Positions 30,483 to 40,340 are shown, numbered from the stretch's first letter. The stretch: DNA of 64,000 nucleotides from Puia sp. (GCA_035499855.1 DATJXY010000027.1:7489-71488); one strand, 5' to 3'. Program-made: numbers and translations. Notes: generated by a model not told the origin, from the letters alone.

Positions 30483-30692
30483 ATGCCGATGTCAACAGTA
30501 ACACTTACAGCGTACAATGTAAAAACGAAGGAAAAAAATGTGCCTATGCTCGATGCTGTTATCACTAAAACAGCAAAGGGTGCTTATATGGCGCAGGGAC
30601 ATGATGGAAAAGGAAACAAATTGACCACTTTACTGGGAGAAGAAAAAGCAATGGCGGCAATTAAGGCTGGGATTGCAAAACAAGGATGGTAA
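30483..30692 (+). CDS. small basic hypothetical protein (69 aa)
   Basis: Clean ORF with A-rich initiation region; AYNVKTKEK...MAQGHDGKGNKLTT. Confidence 0.75.
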   Translation: MPMSTVTLTAYNVKTKEKNVPMLDAVITKTAKGAYMAQGHDGKGNKLTTLLGEEKAMAAIKAGIAKQGW

Positions 30693-30696
30693 AAAA

Positions 30697-30762
30697 GTCA
30701 AACTTGAAATGTCTAACGTGAAAGAATATTTCACATTTCACGTCTGACGTCTCATATTCAAA
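30697..30762. repeat. periodic palindrome, heptamer type (GTSARAY)
   Basis: GTCAAAC TTGAAAT GTCTAAC GTGAAAG / ATTTCAC ATTTCAC GTCTGAC GTCTCAT ATTCAAA. Confidence 0.8.
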
Positions 30763-30770
30763 TTGATCGC

Positions 30771-31970
30771 TTACACAAATTGCAAATAAGCCGATTCCCT
30801 GCATAATATTTTACGGTCGTCGGTTTCAAGCCACTTATTCAACAAAGTGGCATAAACATTTTTGAAATCCACTGTATATTTCAGATCGCCCTCACTCAGG
30901 TCGTTGAGATTTGTCATGTCATTGATCAATCCTTTTTGTTTCAATCCACCGCCAATCAAAAACATATTGTTGGCAGTACCATGATCAGTTCCACCACTTG
31001 CATTTTGTGATACTCTTCTTCCGAACTCCGAAAAAGTGACCATCAATACATCCTGAAAACGATGATTCGATTTCAAATCAGTGGTGAATGCCTTTATTGC
31101 ATCATTCATCTCAGTGAATAAACGTTGTTGCTGTGCCTGTTGATTGACATGCGTGTCAAAGCTTCCGAGCGAAACATAATACAGTTTTGTATTGATATCT
31201 GAAAGAATCAGTGAAGCAATTGTTTTGAGATTTTTTCCCAATTCCGTATTAGGATAATCTGCTGTTGATGGCCTTAATTTGCTTTGTTGAAAAATATAAT
31301 CAGCGCTTGATAATGTTTCGGCCATGATTTTATAGAGATAGTCTGCTGGTTGATCCTTGCCCTTATTGACATGGTCAGCGAGAATGTCTTTGAAATATTG
31401 TTCATGACTTGTATCATATAAACGTCGTGGATCCTTCAATGCAATTCCCTTCATTTGCTCCCCCTTTAATGCAAGACTCAGCACATCATCGATTTCTAAT
31501 GCCTGCGTTGGCTTATCACATCCAGTGCATTGTGCATCCAGGTAACGCCCGATCCACCCAGTTCTGATATATTCATTGCTGTTGCTTCCGGTTTGCCAGA
31601 TATCCATACTCCGGAAATGCGAACGTTCAGGATTCGGATAACCGACACTATTGATGATACCCAGGCTTCCATCATCATATAATTCTTTTAGCGAAACCAG
31701 TGAAGGATGCAAGCCCGCTTCGTCTGTTATCTGTAAAGACTTATTCATTTCTATCCCTAATCTTGGGCGAACACGATAATAAATGTCATTTCGTATAGGT
31801 ATTACCGTGTTTAAACCATCGTTCCCGCCACTCAACTGTAGTATCACCAATACCTTATTTCCCGGAGGCAGCATTTGCCCCCGCTCAAAAGCTTTCAAGA
31901 ACTTCGGCAACATGAAGGAAGCCGTAGCCAATGACCCAACCTGTAAAAATTCTCTTCGTTTAATTAACAT
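30771..31970 (-). CDS. DUF1501-like protein with Tat-type signal
   Basis: KRREFL signal; LQLSGGNDGLNTVIP; RSHFRS; GSFDTH; FSEFGRR; GTDHG. Confidence 0.88.
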   Translation of the reverse strand: MLIKRREFLQVGSLATASFMLPKFLKAFERGQMLPPGNKVLVILQLSGGNDGLNTVIPIRNDIYYRVRPRLGIEMNKSLQITDEAGLHPSLVSLKELYDDGSLGIINSVGYPNPERSHFRSMDIWQTGSNSNEYIRTGWIGRYLDAQCTGCDKPTQALEIDDVLSLALKGEQMKGIALKDPRRLYDTSHEQYFKDILADHVNKGKDQPADYLYKIMAETLSSADYIFQQSKLRPSTADYPNTELGKNLKTIASLILSDINTKLYYVSLGSFDTHVNQQAQQQRLFTEMNDAIKAFTTDLKSNHRFQDVLMVTFSEFGRRVSQNASGGTDHGTANNMFLIGGGLKQKGLINDMTNLNDLSEGDLKYTVDFKNVYATLLNKWLETDDRKILCRESAYLQFV

Positions 31971-32012
31971 ATAATAAGGTTAAAGCTCAATGCGGAACAC
32001 TTAACGCTGCGT

Positions 32013-33479
32013 TCAGCATAACTGGTATTCCGGCGTACTCATCAATTGAATCGTTGTCGTTTTAATAAAACTTTCCCTGTTGCTATTGTCAATATATTTC
32101 CTCAAACCATTTGTAACAGCACCCGGTGACTGCAATAACAATGAAGCGATCGTATCTGTCAGCTTATCTTCCCCAACCTGATTAAATTTTCCCAGATAAG
32201 CCTCCCAATTAATTTCTGCAATGATCATCTGTCCGCCTTTTATCTTTCCAAAGCCTTTTACTTTAATATTGTTTTCATTCATATCCCGCATACCCATCAT
32301 CTGGTCGTCATCATCTTTTGGTCGCATCTGGAATTCATCCGATGAATACATGATCTGGGGAATACGAAGCCTGAACATGAGTGTGGAACTATCTATCCAG
32401 TTCATACCTTCGGGCCATCCGGCAACATTTGGCGGATAAAATAATAACTGGCCTAATAATCGCTGAACCAGCAATTGCACTTCTTCATTTTGAATTTTCA
32501 TAGGCAATATTCTTCTGATACCTACAATCAGTTCCACGGGTGATTTTACATGACTCCCGATATTCTTTGCATCATAAAACCAGTCACTGGTAAAGATATC
32601 TTCCATAAGCGATTTGATATCATATCGACTATGATAAAACCTTTCAGATAACCAGGCTAGTTTTGTTTCATCCACTGTATCATTCACGAAAAAGCGATAA
32701 ATTTTTCCGGAAATAAAATTTGCAGTTTGCTTTTGGTCCAATAAAATATCAAGCACATCGTCCCCATCAAAATTTCCTGTTCTCCCTAATATGGTCTTAT
32801 TTCCGTCATCATGTTGTCCTCTCCGAAAAACAAATTCTCCACGCAGGTTAGCGCCCCAGCCTGTAAAAGCACGAGCAGCTTCCTTCACATCCTGTTCAGT
32901 GTAATTACCTCTTCCCATCGTAAATAATTCCATCACTTCTCTTGCAAAATTTTCATTGGGATGATCTTTTTTATTCTGATTATTATTTAAAAAATTAATC
33001 ATTGCTGCACTTTTACTTACTTCACGCAAGAGATCAGCAAAATTGCCCAATGCATTTCTCCGGATGATATCCAGCAATAACTGCTGATAAAATATATTGA
33101 GATTCCTGGACGCAAAATGTCCATGCCAGAATAATGACATCTTCTCCCGAAGTTGTGCATCACTGTTGACCATCTCGTTCAGCCATGCAAGGTTGAGGTT
33201 TTTTATATCATGTTGTGATTGCTGACGCAATTGTTTTTTCTGTTCCTCCGACAATTCATTCTTCTGCATTTTTACCACCTCATCCACTCCCATCATCAAT
33301 CCCTTCAGCGTGCTGTCGGTTACATCAATATATTCCGGAGATTTAGAAGAAGATTTTATGAGAGCTTTAAATAATGATTTCTGCGATGCAGATGGCAATT
33401 GGCTGATATCCTCTGCCATCGGACCAAAGCCTGCCCGCCATAATAAATGCTGATTTTTCTGCTGATTGGTAATTACCAT
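32013..33479 (-). CDS. DUF1800-like protein
   Basis: HLLWRAGFGP; LREKMSLFWHGHFA; PNENFAREVMELFTMG; PPNVAGWP. Confidence 0.88.
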   Translation of the reverse strand: MVITNQQKNQHLLWRAGFGPMAEDISQLPSASQKSLFKALIKSSSKSPEYIDVTDSTLKGLMMGVDEVVKMQKNELSEEQKKQLRQQSQHDIKNLNLAWLNEMVNSDAQLREKMSLFWHGHFASRNLNIFYQQLLLDIIRRNALGNFADLLREVSKSAAMINFLNNNQNKKDHPNENFAREVMELFTMGRGNYTEQDVKEAARAFTGWGANLRGEFVFRRGQHDDGNKTILGRTGNFDGDDVLDILLDQKQTANFISGKIYRFFVNDTVDETKLAWLSERFYHSRYDIKSLMEDIFTSDWFYDAKNIGSHVKSPVELIVGIRRILPMKIQNEEVQLLVQRLLGQLLFYPPNVAGWPEGMNWIDSSTLMFRLRIPQIMYSSDEFQMRPKDDDDQMMGMRDMNENNIKVKGFGKIKGGQMIIAEINWEAYLGKFNQVGEDKLTDTIASLLLQSPGAVTNGLRKYIDNSNRESFIKTTTIQLMSTPEYQLC

Positions 33480-33586
33480 TGTCCTGGTTTGACTTAGGTA
33501 ATAACGCAAGGTTTAAAAAAGAATTTTTTAAGCAAGACTCATTAACAAACAAGTTATAGAAGAAGAAAACAATAATATCATTTCTG

Positions 33587-34198
33587 TCAAGGGTTGTGGG
33601 GTTGCTTTTTTCCCAAAATAAAATCAATTCCAAAAGTAAAGCTGTTTAGAAAATTGACAGATATATTGGATGACCAATCACCTGTATTATAACTGTAGTA
33701 ATAATAATCTATGCCTCCACATGAAGCATTGAGTAAAATGCCCGGACTTACCTGGTAATAAACACCGGGAATCATTCCAATATTATAAGTATGGGCTGTA
33801 TTGTAGTTTTTTGAAATAGCCCCGGAACTGTCATAAAAACTGTATTCACTCTTTGTCCACCCAAATCCACCTCCGAATTCGATAAATAAACCGAACTTAT
33901 TCTTTACCTGGAAAAATTTTCTATAAGCAATGTTGGCCGCTATCCCCCAGTTATACGATTGCCCTGAGAAAGAATAATAAGTACCACTGAAATTAAGCTC
34001 CAGGACGGAATTCTTTCCAATAGCAAAACCAATATGTGGGGAAATACTCGCATTAGAAGTAGAAGAGGAATTTGCATTTGCATTCCCAAAATTAGCCCCC
34101 ACACTTCCTCCCAAAAGCCAATCTCCTTTGCTGATCTGAGCGCTGGAAGAGAAACTAAAGGTCATTGCCAGCAGCAAAAGTAGAATGATCGTTTTCAT
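33587..34198 (-). CDS. outer-membrane beta-barrel protein
   Basis: Signal peptide; QISKGDWLLGGS; alternating aromatic strands. Confidence 0.7.
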   Translation of the reverse strand: MKTIILLLLLAMTFSFSSSAQISKGDWLLGGSVGANFGNANANSSSTSNASISPHIGFAIGKNSVLELNFSGTYYSFSGQSYNWGIAANIAYRKFFQVKNKFGLFIEFGGGFGWTKSEYSFYDSSGAISKNYNTAHTYNIGMIPGVYYQVSPGILLNASCGGIDYYYYSYNTGDWSSNISVNFLNSFTFGIDFILGKKQPHNP

Positions 34199-34308
34199 AA
34201 TATAAATTTATAAAGGAATATAGGAGAAATATGCAATCAACTGCGCTATTACTTATTTCTTTCACAAAGTTTTAATGAAGGCTGCAACAGCATTTAATTT
34301 GTGGATAT

Positions 34309-35580
34309 CTAACTAATAGATGGGTTTCCAAAATAAGAATGCAAAACCGTTGGCAATTGAATTCCTTTTTCCGTTTGATGATTCTCCAGCAAACATGCCA
34401 CGATACGAGGTAATGCAAGCGAACTCCCATTTAATGAATGAACCAGTTGCGATTTTCCGTTGCTGTCTTTGAAACGGATCTTCATGCGGTTGGTTTGAAA
34501 ACTTTCGAAATTGCTTACAGAACTTACTTCCAGCCATTTTTCCTGGGCAGCGCTGTATACTTCAAAGTCATAAGTGAGTGCAGATGCAAAGCCCATATCT
34601 CCACCGCATAATTTCAGAATGCGGTATTGTAATTGCAGGGATTGCAGTAATTTTTCTACATGTGCTACCATTTCTTCAAGTGCATCATAACTTTTATCCG
34701 GATGAACCAGCTGCACAATTTCCACTTTATCGAATTGATGAACACGATTCAAACCTCTCACATCTTTTCCATAACTTCCTGCTTCGCGTCTGAAACAAGG
34801 TGTGTAAGCTGTCATTTTAAGAGGAAGTTCATTTTCTTTTAAAATGGCATCCCGGTAAATATTAGTAACCGGAACTTCGGCTGTAGGTATCAGGTAGTAT
34901 TTGTCCTCATTCACATAATACATCTGCGCTTCTTTATCTGGTAATTGTCCTGTGCCGAAAGCGGTGGTTTCATTCACCATATGTGGCGGCAGGTATTCCG
35001 TATATCCTGCTGCAATATTGTAATCCAGGAAATATTGTATCAATGCCCTTTGCAGTTTTGCACCCTTATTAATATAAACCGGGAATCCGCTGCCCGTGAT
35101 TTTATTTCCCAATTCAAAATCGATCAGGTTAAATTTTTTTGCCAGGTCCCAGTGCGGAACTGCATTCGCATGCAATTGTGGTTTAGTGCCTCCTTCGCGG
35201 ATATTTATATTGTCAGCAGGAGTCTTACCTGCGGGCACCGTTGCAGCGGGAAGATTGGGCAGTGTAACCAGGGCTTCATTCAGCTGTATTTCAATTTTTG
35301 AAAGTTGGTCAGCAACTGGTTGCAAAGAAGATTTCAGTGAAGCGACTTCCTGTTTTTTTTCTTCTGCTTTTTCTTTTTCTCCCCTGGCCATCAACTGGCC
35401 TATTTCCTTGGAAGCTGCATTTATTTTTGATTGAGTGGTATCATTCTCCAGTTGAAGCTTTTTACGATGATCGTCCAACTGAATAATTGTATCTACCAGG
35501 TTCAAAGACGTAAAATTTTTTATAGCAAGCCTCTCTTTTACCAGTGCTGTATTTTGACGAATGAATGCCAATTGTAACAT
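34309..35580 (-). CDS. serS: serine--tRNA ligase
   Basis: LIPTAEVPVTN, FRREAGSYGKDVRGLNRVHQFDKVE, EVSSVSN. Confidence 0.98.
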   Translation of the reverse strand: MLQLAFIRQNTALVKERLAIKNFTSLNLVDTIIQLDDHRKKLQLENDTTQSKINAASKEIGQLMARGEKEKAEEKKQEVASLKSSLQPVADQLSKIEIQLNEALVTLPNLPAATVPAGKTPADNINIREGGTKPQLHANAVPHWDLAKKFNLIDFELGNKITGSGFPVYINKGAKLQRALIQYFLDYNIAAGYTEYLPPHMVNETTAFGTGQLPDKEAQMYYVNEDKYYLIPTAEVPVTNIYRDAILKENELPLKMTAYTPCFRREAGSYGKDVRGLNRVHQFDKVEIVQLVHPDKSYDALEEMVAHVEKLLQSLQLQYRILKLCGGDMGFASALTYDFEVYSAAQEKWLEVSSVSNFESFQTNRMKIRFKDSNGKSQLVHSLNGSSLALPRIVACLLENHQTEKGIQLPTVLHSYFGNPSIS

Positions 35581-35690
35581 CTTCCAAAATTTTTGCAAAG
35601 GTAATTGTTGATCAGGAAACTTTGGAAAAGTTCATTTCTCCCATATCTTTCGTCTGATCGCAAAATTGTAATTTCATCAAAACATTTTTT

Positions 35691-36023
35691 ATGATTGATC
35701 CAGGAATGATCACTACCAGCTTTGAGCTGTCCGGCTATCGAATAACAAGGAATTTAGGCATCGTCCGGGGTATCACCGTCCGCTCACGCAGTTTATTAGG
35801 CAATATAGCAGGGGGCCTGCAGAGTTTATTTGGCGGACGCTTATCGGTCTATGTGGATCTATGTGAAACCACACGTGAAGAGGCTTTTCAACACATGTTG
35901 CAGCATGCATCAGAGCGCGGCGCCAATGCGGTTATCAGTATGCGATATGATGCCAATGAAGTGATGGATGGAATTACTGAAGTACTAGCTTATGGAACTG
36001 CGGTTGTCGTCGAGCACATTTGA
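35691..36023 (+). CDS. YbjQ family protein
   Basis: LGIVRGITVRSR...GANAVISMRYD...EVLAYGTAV. Confidence 0.92.
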   Translation: MIDPGMITTSFELSGYRITRNLGIVRGITVRSRSLLGNIAGGLQSLFGGRLSVYVDLCETTREEAFQHMLQHASERGANAVISMRYDANEVMDGITEVLAYGTAVVVEHI

Positions 36024-36027
36024 TCCA

Positions 36028-36471
36028 TCACTTTTTATAAACGTTCTTCTGATGAATTTGCATCCATCGGTCAACGTTAGTTAAAGGAACGAAACCGAAT
36101 TGAGAATATAAACCATGCGCATCGCGCGTTGCCAGTAAGAAGCGTCTCAACCCCTGTAGATCTGGATGAGAAAGGATGATTTGCATTAATCTTTTCGCAA
36201 GTCCGAGGCCACGGTATTGCTCTTCAATAAAGACATCTGCCAGATAAGCAAAAGTAGCCAGGTCGGAAACTACTCTCGCAAAACCGATCTGCTTACCTTC
36301 ATGATATACTCCAAAACATATTGATCCTTCAATCGACCTGCGAACAGTTTCGACAGGAATGTTTTCAGCCCAATAGGAAGTAGAAAGAAATTTATGGATG
36401 TAAGGGACATCGAGCTTGTATTTGTCGATGGAGATAGAAAAATTATCTTTTTCCCATAAAGTAGCCTTCAT
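36028..36471 (-). CDS. GNAT family N-acetyltransferase
   Basis: QIGFARVVSD...YLADVFI...YRGLGLAK...LLATRDAHGLY. Confidence 0.92.
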   Translation of the reverse strand: MKATLWEKDNFSISIDKYKLDVPYIHKFLSTSYWAENIPVETVRRSIEGSICFGVYHEGKQIGFARVVSDLATFAYLADVFIEEQYRGLGLAKRLMQIILSHPDLQGLRRFLLATRDAHGLYSQFGFVPLTNVDRWMQIHQKNVYKK

Positions 36472-36564
36472 ATAACAAAACTAAAATAAAAAGGATCACT
36501 TTATAGTAGCTCTTCAAAATTAACCCCTCGAAACAATTAATTTTTGGATAGTACATTTGCAACT

Positions 36565-36912
36565 ATGAGCGAGATAACTGATGATTTGCAATCCAGGTGG
36601 TGGGGGCTGGAAGAGAAACTGATGAACCGTTTCGGCAAAAAGCCGGATATGGAAGCTATTTTATTTCTGATCGGCATACAGGAATTCGGAGATATCAGAG
36701 ACAAATTCACCAAGGAACAAAAACAGGACCTGATGCATGTAGCTGTTTGCAGTCTGTTCGCTCAAAGCGGATATTATGAACTGGAAAAAGTGGATGAAGA
36801 AGGGTGGCCGCATTTCAAACAGGTAAAATCCTTGCCGGTAATGAGTCTGATTGAGCAGGAAAATTTTCTGAAAGACCATGTCCTTTTGTATTTTGAAAAG
36901 GCTGGTTTTTAG
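36565..36912 (+). CDS. conserved hypothetical protein
   Basis: FGKKPDMEAILFLIGIQE...KEQKQDLMHVAVC; clean ORF downstream of a TACATTTG box. Confidence 0.75.
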   Translation: MSEITDDLQSRWWGLEEKLMNRFGKKPDMEAILFLIGIQEFGDIRDKFTKEQKQDLMHVAVCSLFAQSGYYELEKVDEEGWPHFKQVKSLPVMSLIEQENFLKDHVLLYFEKAGF

Positions 36913-37006
36913 CAGGATCGCTGGTTGATGGCCGTTAGTCGTTCCCCATTTTCATGATTATAGAGTTTGAGTATATCATCATTTACAATTACAATTTGTT
37001 TTCCGG

Positions 37007-37705
37007 ATGCATCGTATCATTTTAGTTTTCTTATCATTCATTATTTTCATTTCCTGCAATCCAAAACTGGCAAACGGTTTAAGAAAAAATGACCTGCACA
37101 AAGATGTGGAGATCATCACCGGCAAAGGAATTATCGTTGTTCGCCTTTCTGATTCCACTCCTTTGCACCGTGATAATTTTCTGAAGCTTGCCAAAGAAGG
37201 ATATTATGACAGTATATTATTCCATCGTGTCATTAAAAATTTTATGATACAGGCTGGTGATCCGAATAGTAAATATGCAAAGCCCGGTGATATGCTGGGT
37301 GACGGAGGACCTTCTTATACCATTCCCGCTGAATTCCGCGAATCCTTATTTCACCATAAAGGAGTCATTGCAGCTGCAAGAGAAGGCGATGATGTAAATC
37401 CTCAGAAGGCAAGCAGTGGCAGTCAGTTTTATATTGTGCAGGGAAGGATTTTTACAGATGCAGGATTGGATTCCGTTGAAACCTTCAGATTGAAAGGAAG
37501 AAAGATTCCCGATGCACAAAGACAAGTTTACAAGACTATCGGTGGTTCACCACATCTTGATCAGAATTATACAGTGTTCGGTGAAGTCATCCGCGGACTT
37601 GATGTGGTTGATTCGATCGCATCTGTTCCTACAAGTAAACCATACAACCGGCCATTAAATGATATTCACATACAAAAAATGAAACTAATCAGTCGCAAGA
37701 AATAA
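37007..37705 (+). CDS. cyclophilin-type peptidyl-prolyl isomerase
   Basis: TPLHRDNFLKL, FHRVIKNFMIQAGDP, SGSQFYIV, HLDQNYTVFGEV. Confidence 0.94.
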   Translation: MHRIILVFLSFIIFISCNPKLANGLRKNDLHKDVEIITGKGIIVVRLSDSTPLHRDNFLKLAKEGYYDSILFHRVIKNFMIQAGDPNSKYAKPGDMLGDGGPSYTIPAEFRESLFHHKGVIAAAREGDDVNPQKASSGSQFYIVQGRIFTDAGLDSVETFRLKGRKIPDAQRQVYKTIGGSPHLDQNYTVFGEVIRGLDVVDSIASVPTSKPYNRPLNDIHIQKMKLISRKK

Positions 37706-37768
37706 TTTAATAAGGCCTGTTTAAATTCAAATGCTTTTTATCATATTTGCAGCACTAAATTCTCTATT

Positions 37769-38149
37769 ATGAATTTTCCGGCAAATCTGCGTTACACAAA
37801 AGATCATGAATGGGTTCGGATGGAAGACGATCACACGGCTGTGATTGGCATAAGCGATTTTGCTCAGAATGAATTGGGAGACATTGTATACGTGGAAGTG
37901 GAAACCGTAGGCAAGACAATGCAGGCTGGCGAAATTTTTGGGACAGTAGAAGCTGTAAAAACAGTTTCGGATTTGTATCTGCCTGTCAGCGGAACGATCC
38001 AGGAATTGAATCCGGCATTAGCTGATTTTCCTGAACTCGTAAATAGTGATCCCTATGGAAAAGGATGGATGATTAAAATATCTGTGACTAATCCTTCAGA
38101 CGTCAATTCCCTGATGGACTCCACGGCGTATAGCGCAGTGGTTAGTTGA
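37769..38149 (+). CDS. gcvH: glycine cleavage system H protein
   Basis: [25 protein letters not shown] (lipoyl Lys), NSDPYGKGW. Confidence 0.97.
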   Translation: MNFPANLRYTKDHEWVRMEDDHTAVIGISDFAQNELGDIVYVEVETVGKTMQAGEIFGTVEAVKTVSDLYLPVSGTIQELNPALADFPELVNSDPYGKGWMIKISVTNPSDVNSLMDSTAYSAVVS

Positions 38150-38284
38150 TGATTGATAAATACGGGCGTTTTGCTGAATGATCAGACATGAATAGACATT
38201 TCAGGTCATTTCTTTCGCATACGTCAGCATACTTTCATTAGTCTTTATCATTTTTCTTATTTTTAAATTGATTTTCCAACGATT

Positions 38285-38827
38285 TTGGCTATTACTGCAA
38301 CATATAATGAGCAGGAACTGGTGAGTGCGTTGAGAGAGCGCGATAATCGTGCTTATAGCTATCTCTATGATAATTATTCCGGAGCATTGTACAGCATCAT
38401 TCTTCAGATTGTACAAAATACCGAATTGGCCAATGACATACTGCAGGAAGTTTTTATTAATATCTGGCGAAAGATTGAAACCTATGATGCTAACAGGGGA
38501 AGAATATTTACCTGGATGTTAAATATAGCCCGAAACGCATCAATTGATGCTTTACGTTCCAAAAGCTATCAGAATAGCATGAAAAACCAGGAATTGGGAG
38601 AAAACGTAAATAATATCGGAAGTCGTTCAACCCAAACCAATACAGATCATATTGGATTGAAAAAGACTTTGGCAAAATTGAAACCCGAACACCGGGTATT
38701 GATTGAACTTGCCTATTTTAAAGGATATACCCACGAGGAAATTGCTCAAATAGAAGATATTCCTTTGGGTACGGTTAAAACCAGGATACGGAATGCATTA
38801 TTACAGCTAAAAGAATATTTGCAATAA
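38285..38827 (+). CDS. ECF RNA polymerase sigma factor
   Basis: LQEVFINIWRKI, WMLNIARNASID, YTHEEIAQ...PLGTVKTRIR; TTG start. Confidence 0.92.
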   Translation: MAITATYNEQELVSALRERDNRAYSYLYDNYSGALYSIILQIVQNTELANDILQEVFINIWRKIETYDANRGRIFTWMLNIARNASIDALRSKSYQNSMKNQELGENVNNIGSRSTQTNTDHIGLKKTLAKLKPEHRVLIELAYFKGYTHEEIAQIEDIPLGTVKTRIRNALLQLKEYLQ

Positions 38828-38828
38828 A

Positions 38829-39647
38829 GTGAATGTACAGGATTACATAGCAAGTGGTATGATTGAGAACTATGTGCTGGGTTTGGCCAGCGCAGAGGAG
38901 AGGGCGGAGTTTGAACGGATGTCAGCTGCTCATTCTGAGGTAAGAGCTGCCCGTGAATCCTTTGAATTGATATTAGAAAAACAGTTGCAGGATCAGGCCA
39001 TCACCCCTCCGGCAAATTTGAAAAGCAAAGTATTTGCGGAGATCGAAGTAGAAAAAGATTCTCAGCAGGAAAAAATAATTCCTATCCGAAGAATTCTTCG
39101 GGTAAAAGCCAATTGGGCCCGATCGGTTGCAGCCGCAGCGATCATTCTCCTTGCCGGCAGTACAATCCTGAATTTTTATTTTTTTACCCAGTACAAAAAA
39201 TATATTAATAAATATGATGAACTGGTCGCTTCCCAAAATCAAATGGCAATAACGAACAAAACATTAGAGACAAAATTGAGTGATTACGCATCAGCGATTG
39301 GTCATATGAAAGATACCGGCATGGCATTGGTAAAAATGGTTGATGTTCCCACCAGCCCCAGCCCCGGGTGTTCAACTACCGTATATTGGGATACCCGTTC
39401 CAAAGATGTGTATCTGCTTGTAAATAATCTTCCAAAACCTGCTTCTGACAAACAATATCAGTTATGGGCAATGGTTGATGGAAAACCCGTCGATGCCGGC
39501 ATATTTGATATGAACGAAGGACTGCCCTTTATGAAAATGAAAAATATCCCGGAAGCACAAGCTTTTGCAATTACCCTGGAAAAGAAAGGAGGCAGCAGTG
39601 TTCCAACAATGGAATCCATGTATGTGATGGGCAAAGTCGCGGGATAA
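38829..39647 (+). CDS. RskA-like anti-sigma factor
   Basis: YVLGLASAEE N-terminus, one TM helix, KQYQLWA...DAGIF...FAITLEKKGGS. Confidence 0.85.
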   Translation: MNVQDYIASGMIENYVLGLASAEERAEFERMSAAHSEVRAARESFELILEKQLQDQAITPPANLKSKVFAEIEVEKDSQQEKIIPIRRILRVKANWARSVAAAAIILLAGSTILNFYFFTQYKKYINKYDELVASQNQMAITNKTLETKLSDYASAIGHMKDTGMALVKMVDVPTSPSPGCSTTVYWDTRSKDVYLLVNNLPKPASDKQYQLWAMVDGKPVDAGIFDMNEGLPFMKMKNIPEAQAFAITLEKKGGSSVPTMESMYVMGKVAG

Positions 39648-39743
39648 ACGAATATTGAATCGTGCTGATATTTTTCAAATCAGATATTGAAATCAAAAAA
39701 TACAGTTTAAAATACTCCCATCATTGGCCACCTTAAACCTTCA

Positions 39744-40133
39744 ATGAAAAATTTAAAAAAATACCTTGGTAAATTATACCTGGCAATTGGATGGTCAGCG
39801 ATCATATTTATTTTGTTATCACTCCCCGGTTCTATGATACCGAAGGAACAATCATTTATGTTACCCGGGTTCGATAAAATTGTTCATATTGGTTTGTTTG
39901 GCGGTTTTGTTTTGCTTTGGTGTTTTTATTATAGCTCAAAACGACTGTCTTCAAAAAAACAATTACGTATTTTTTTCTACATTTTTTTAATCGCCTCCCT
40001 CTATGGAATTGGAATGGAATATGTCCAAAAATACCTCATCCCTATGCGTGATTTTGACGTCGAAGATATTCTTGCTGACCTGATGGGAGCCGGACTTGCC
40101 TATGGAATTTGCAATATTAGCCTGGTCGAATAA
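39744..40133 (+). CDS. VanZ family membrane protein
   Basis: FDKIVHIGLF...YGIGMEYVQ...RDFDVEDILAD. Confidence 0.88.
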   Translation: MKNLKKYLGKLYLAIGWSAIIFILLSLPGSMIPKEQSFMLPGFDKIVHIGLFGGFVLLWCFYYSSKRLSSKKQLRIFFYIFLIASLYGIGMEYVQKYLIPMRDFDVEDILADLMGAGLAYGICNISLVE

Positions 40134-40228
40134 CCACATCAAAATATCTCATCCCGAGGCCTCGCCTTCCTGAAAATGCTGTCAAACTCCTGAATTTTAA
40201 TAACGAATTATTGAACTTAAACCAGTTA

Positions 40229-40260
40229 TAAAAAAATAAGCCCCTGTAGAAACAGGGGCC
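40229..40260 (-). terminator. intrinsic terminator of a minus-strand transcript
   Basis: GCCCCTG-TTTCTA-CAGGGGC followed by TTATTTTTTT on minus strand. Confidence 0.8.
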
Positions 40261-40329
40261 GTAACCAAAACTAACTGCTTATGAGAAAATTGACTGCTTT
40301 GTGTAGTCAAATAGAAAAGACAATTTGTT
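40230..40329 (-). ncRNA. candidate sRNA B (about 100 nt)
   Basis: sigma54 consensus upstream, 5' hairpin TTGACT/AGTCAA, UG-rich tract AGTTAGTTTTGGTT, strong terminator, no ORF on this strand. Confidence 0.55.
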
Positions 40330-40340
40330 GTATATATAAC

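Noticed and set aside
36917-36947. Weak heptamer phasing GCTGGTT GATGGCC GTTAGTC GTTCCCC
   Set aside because: Too degenerate and no partner arm found, so not counted as an element.
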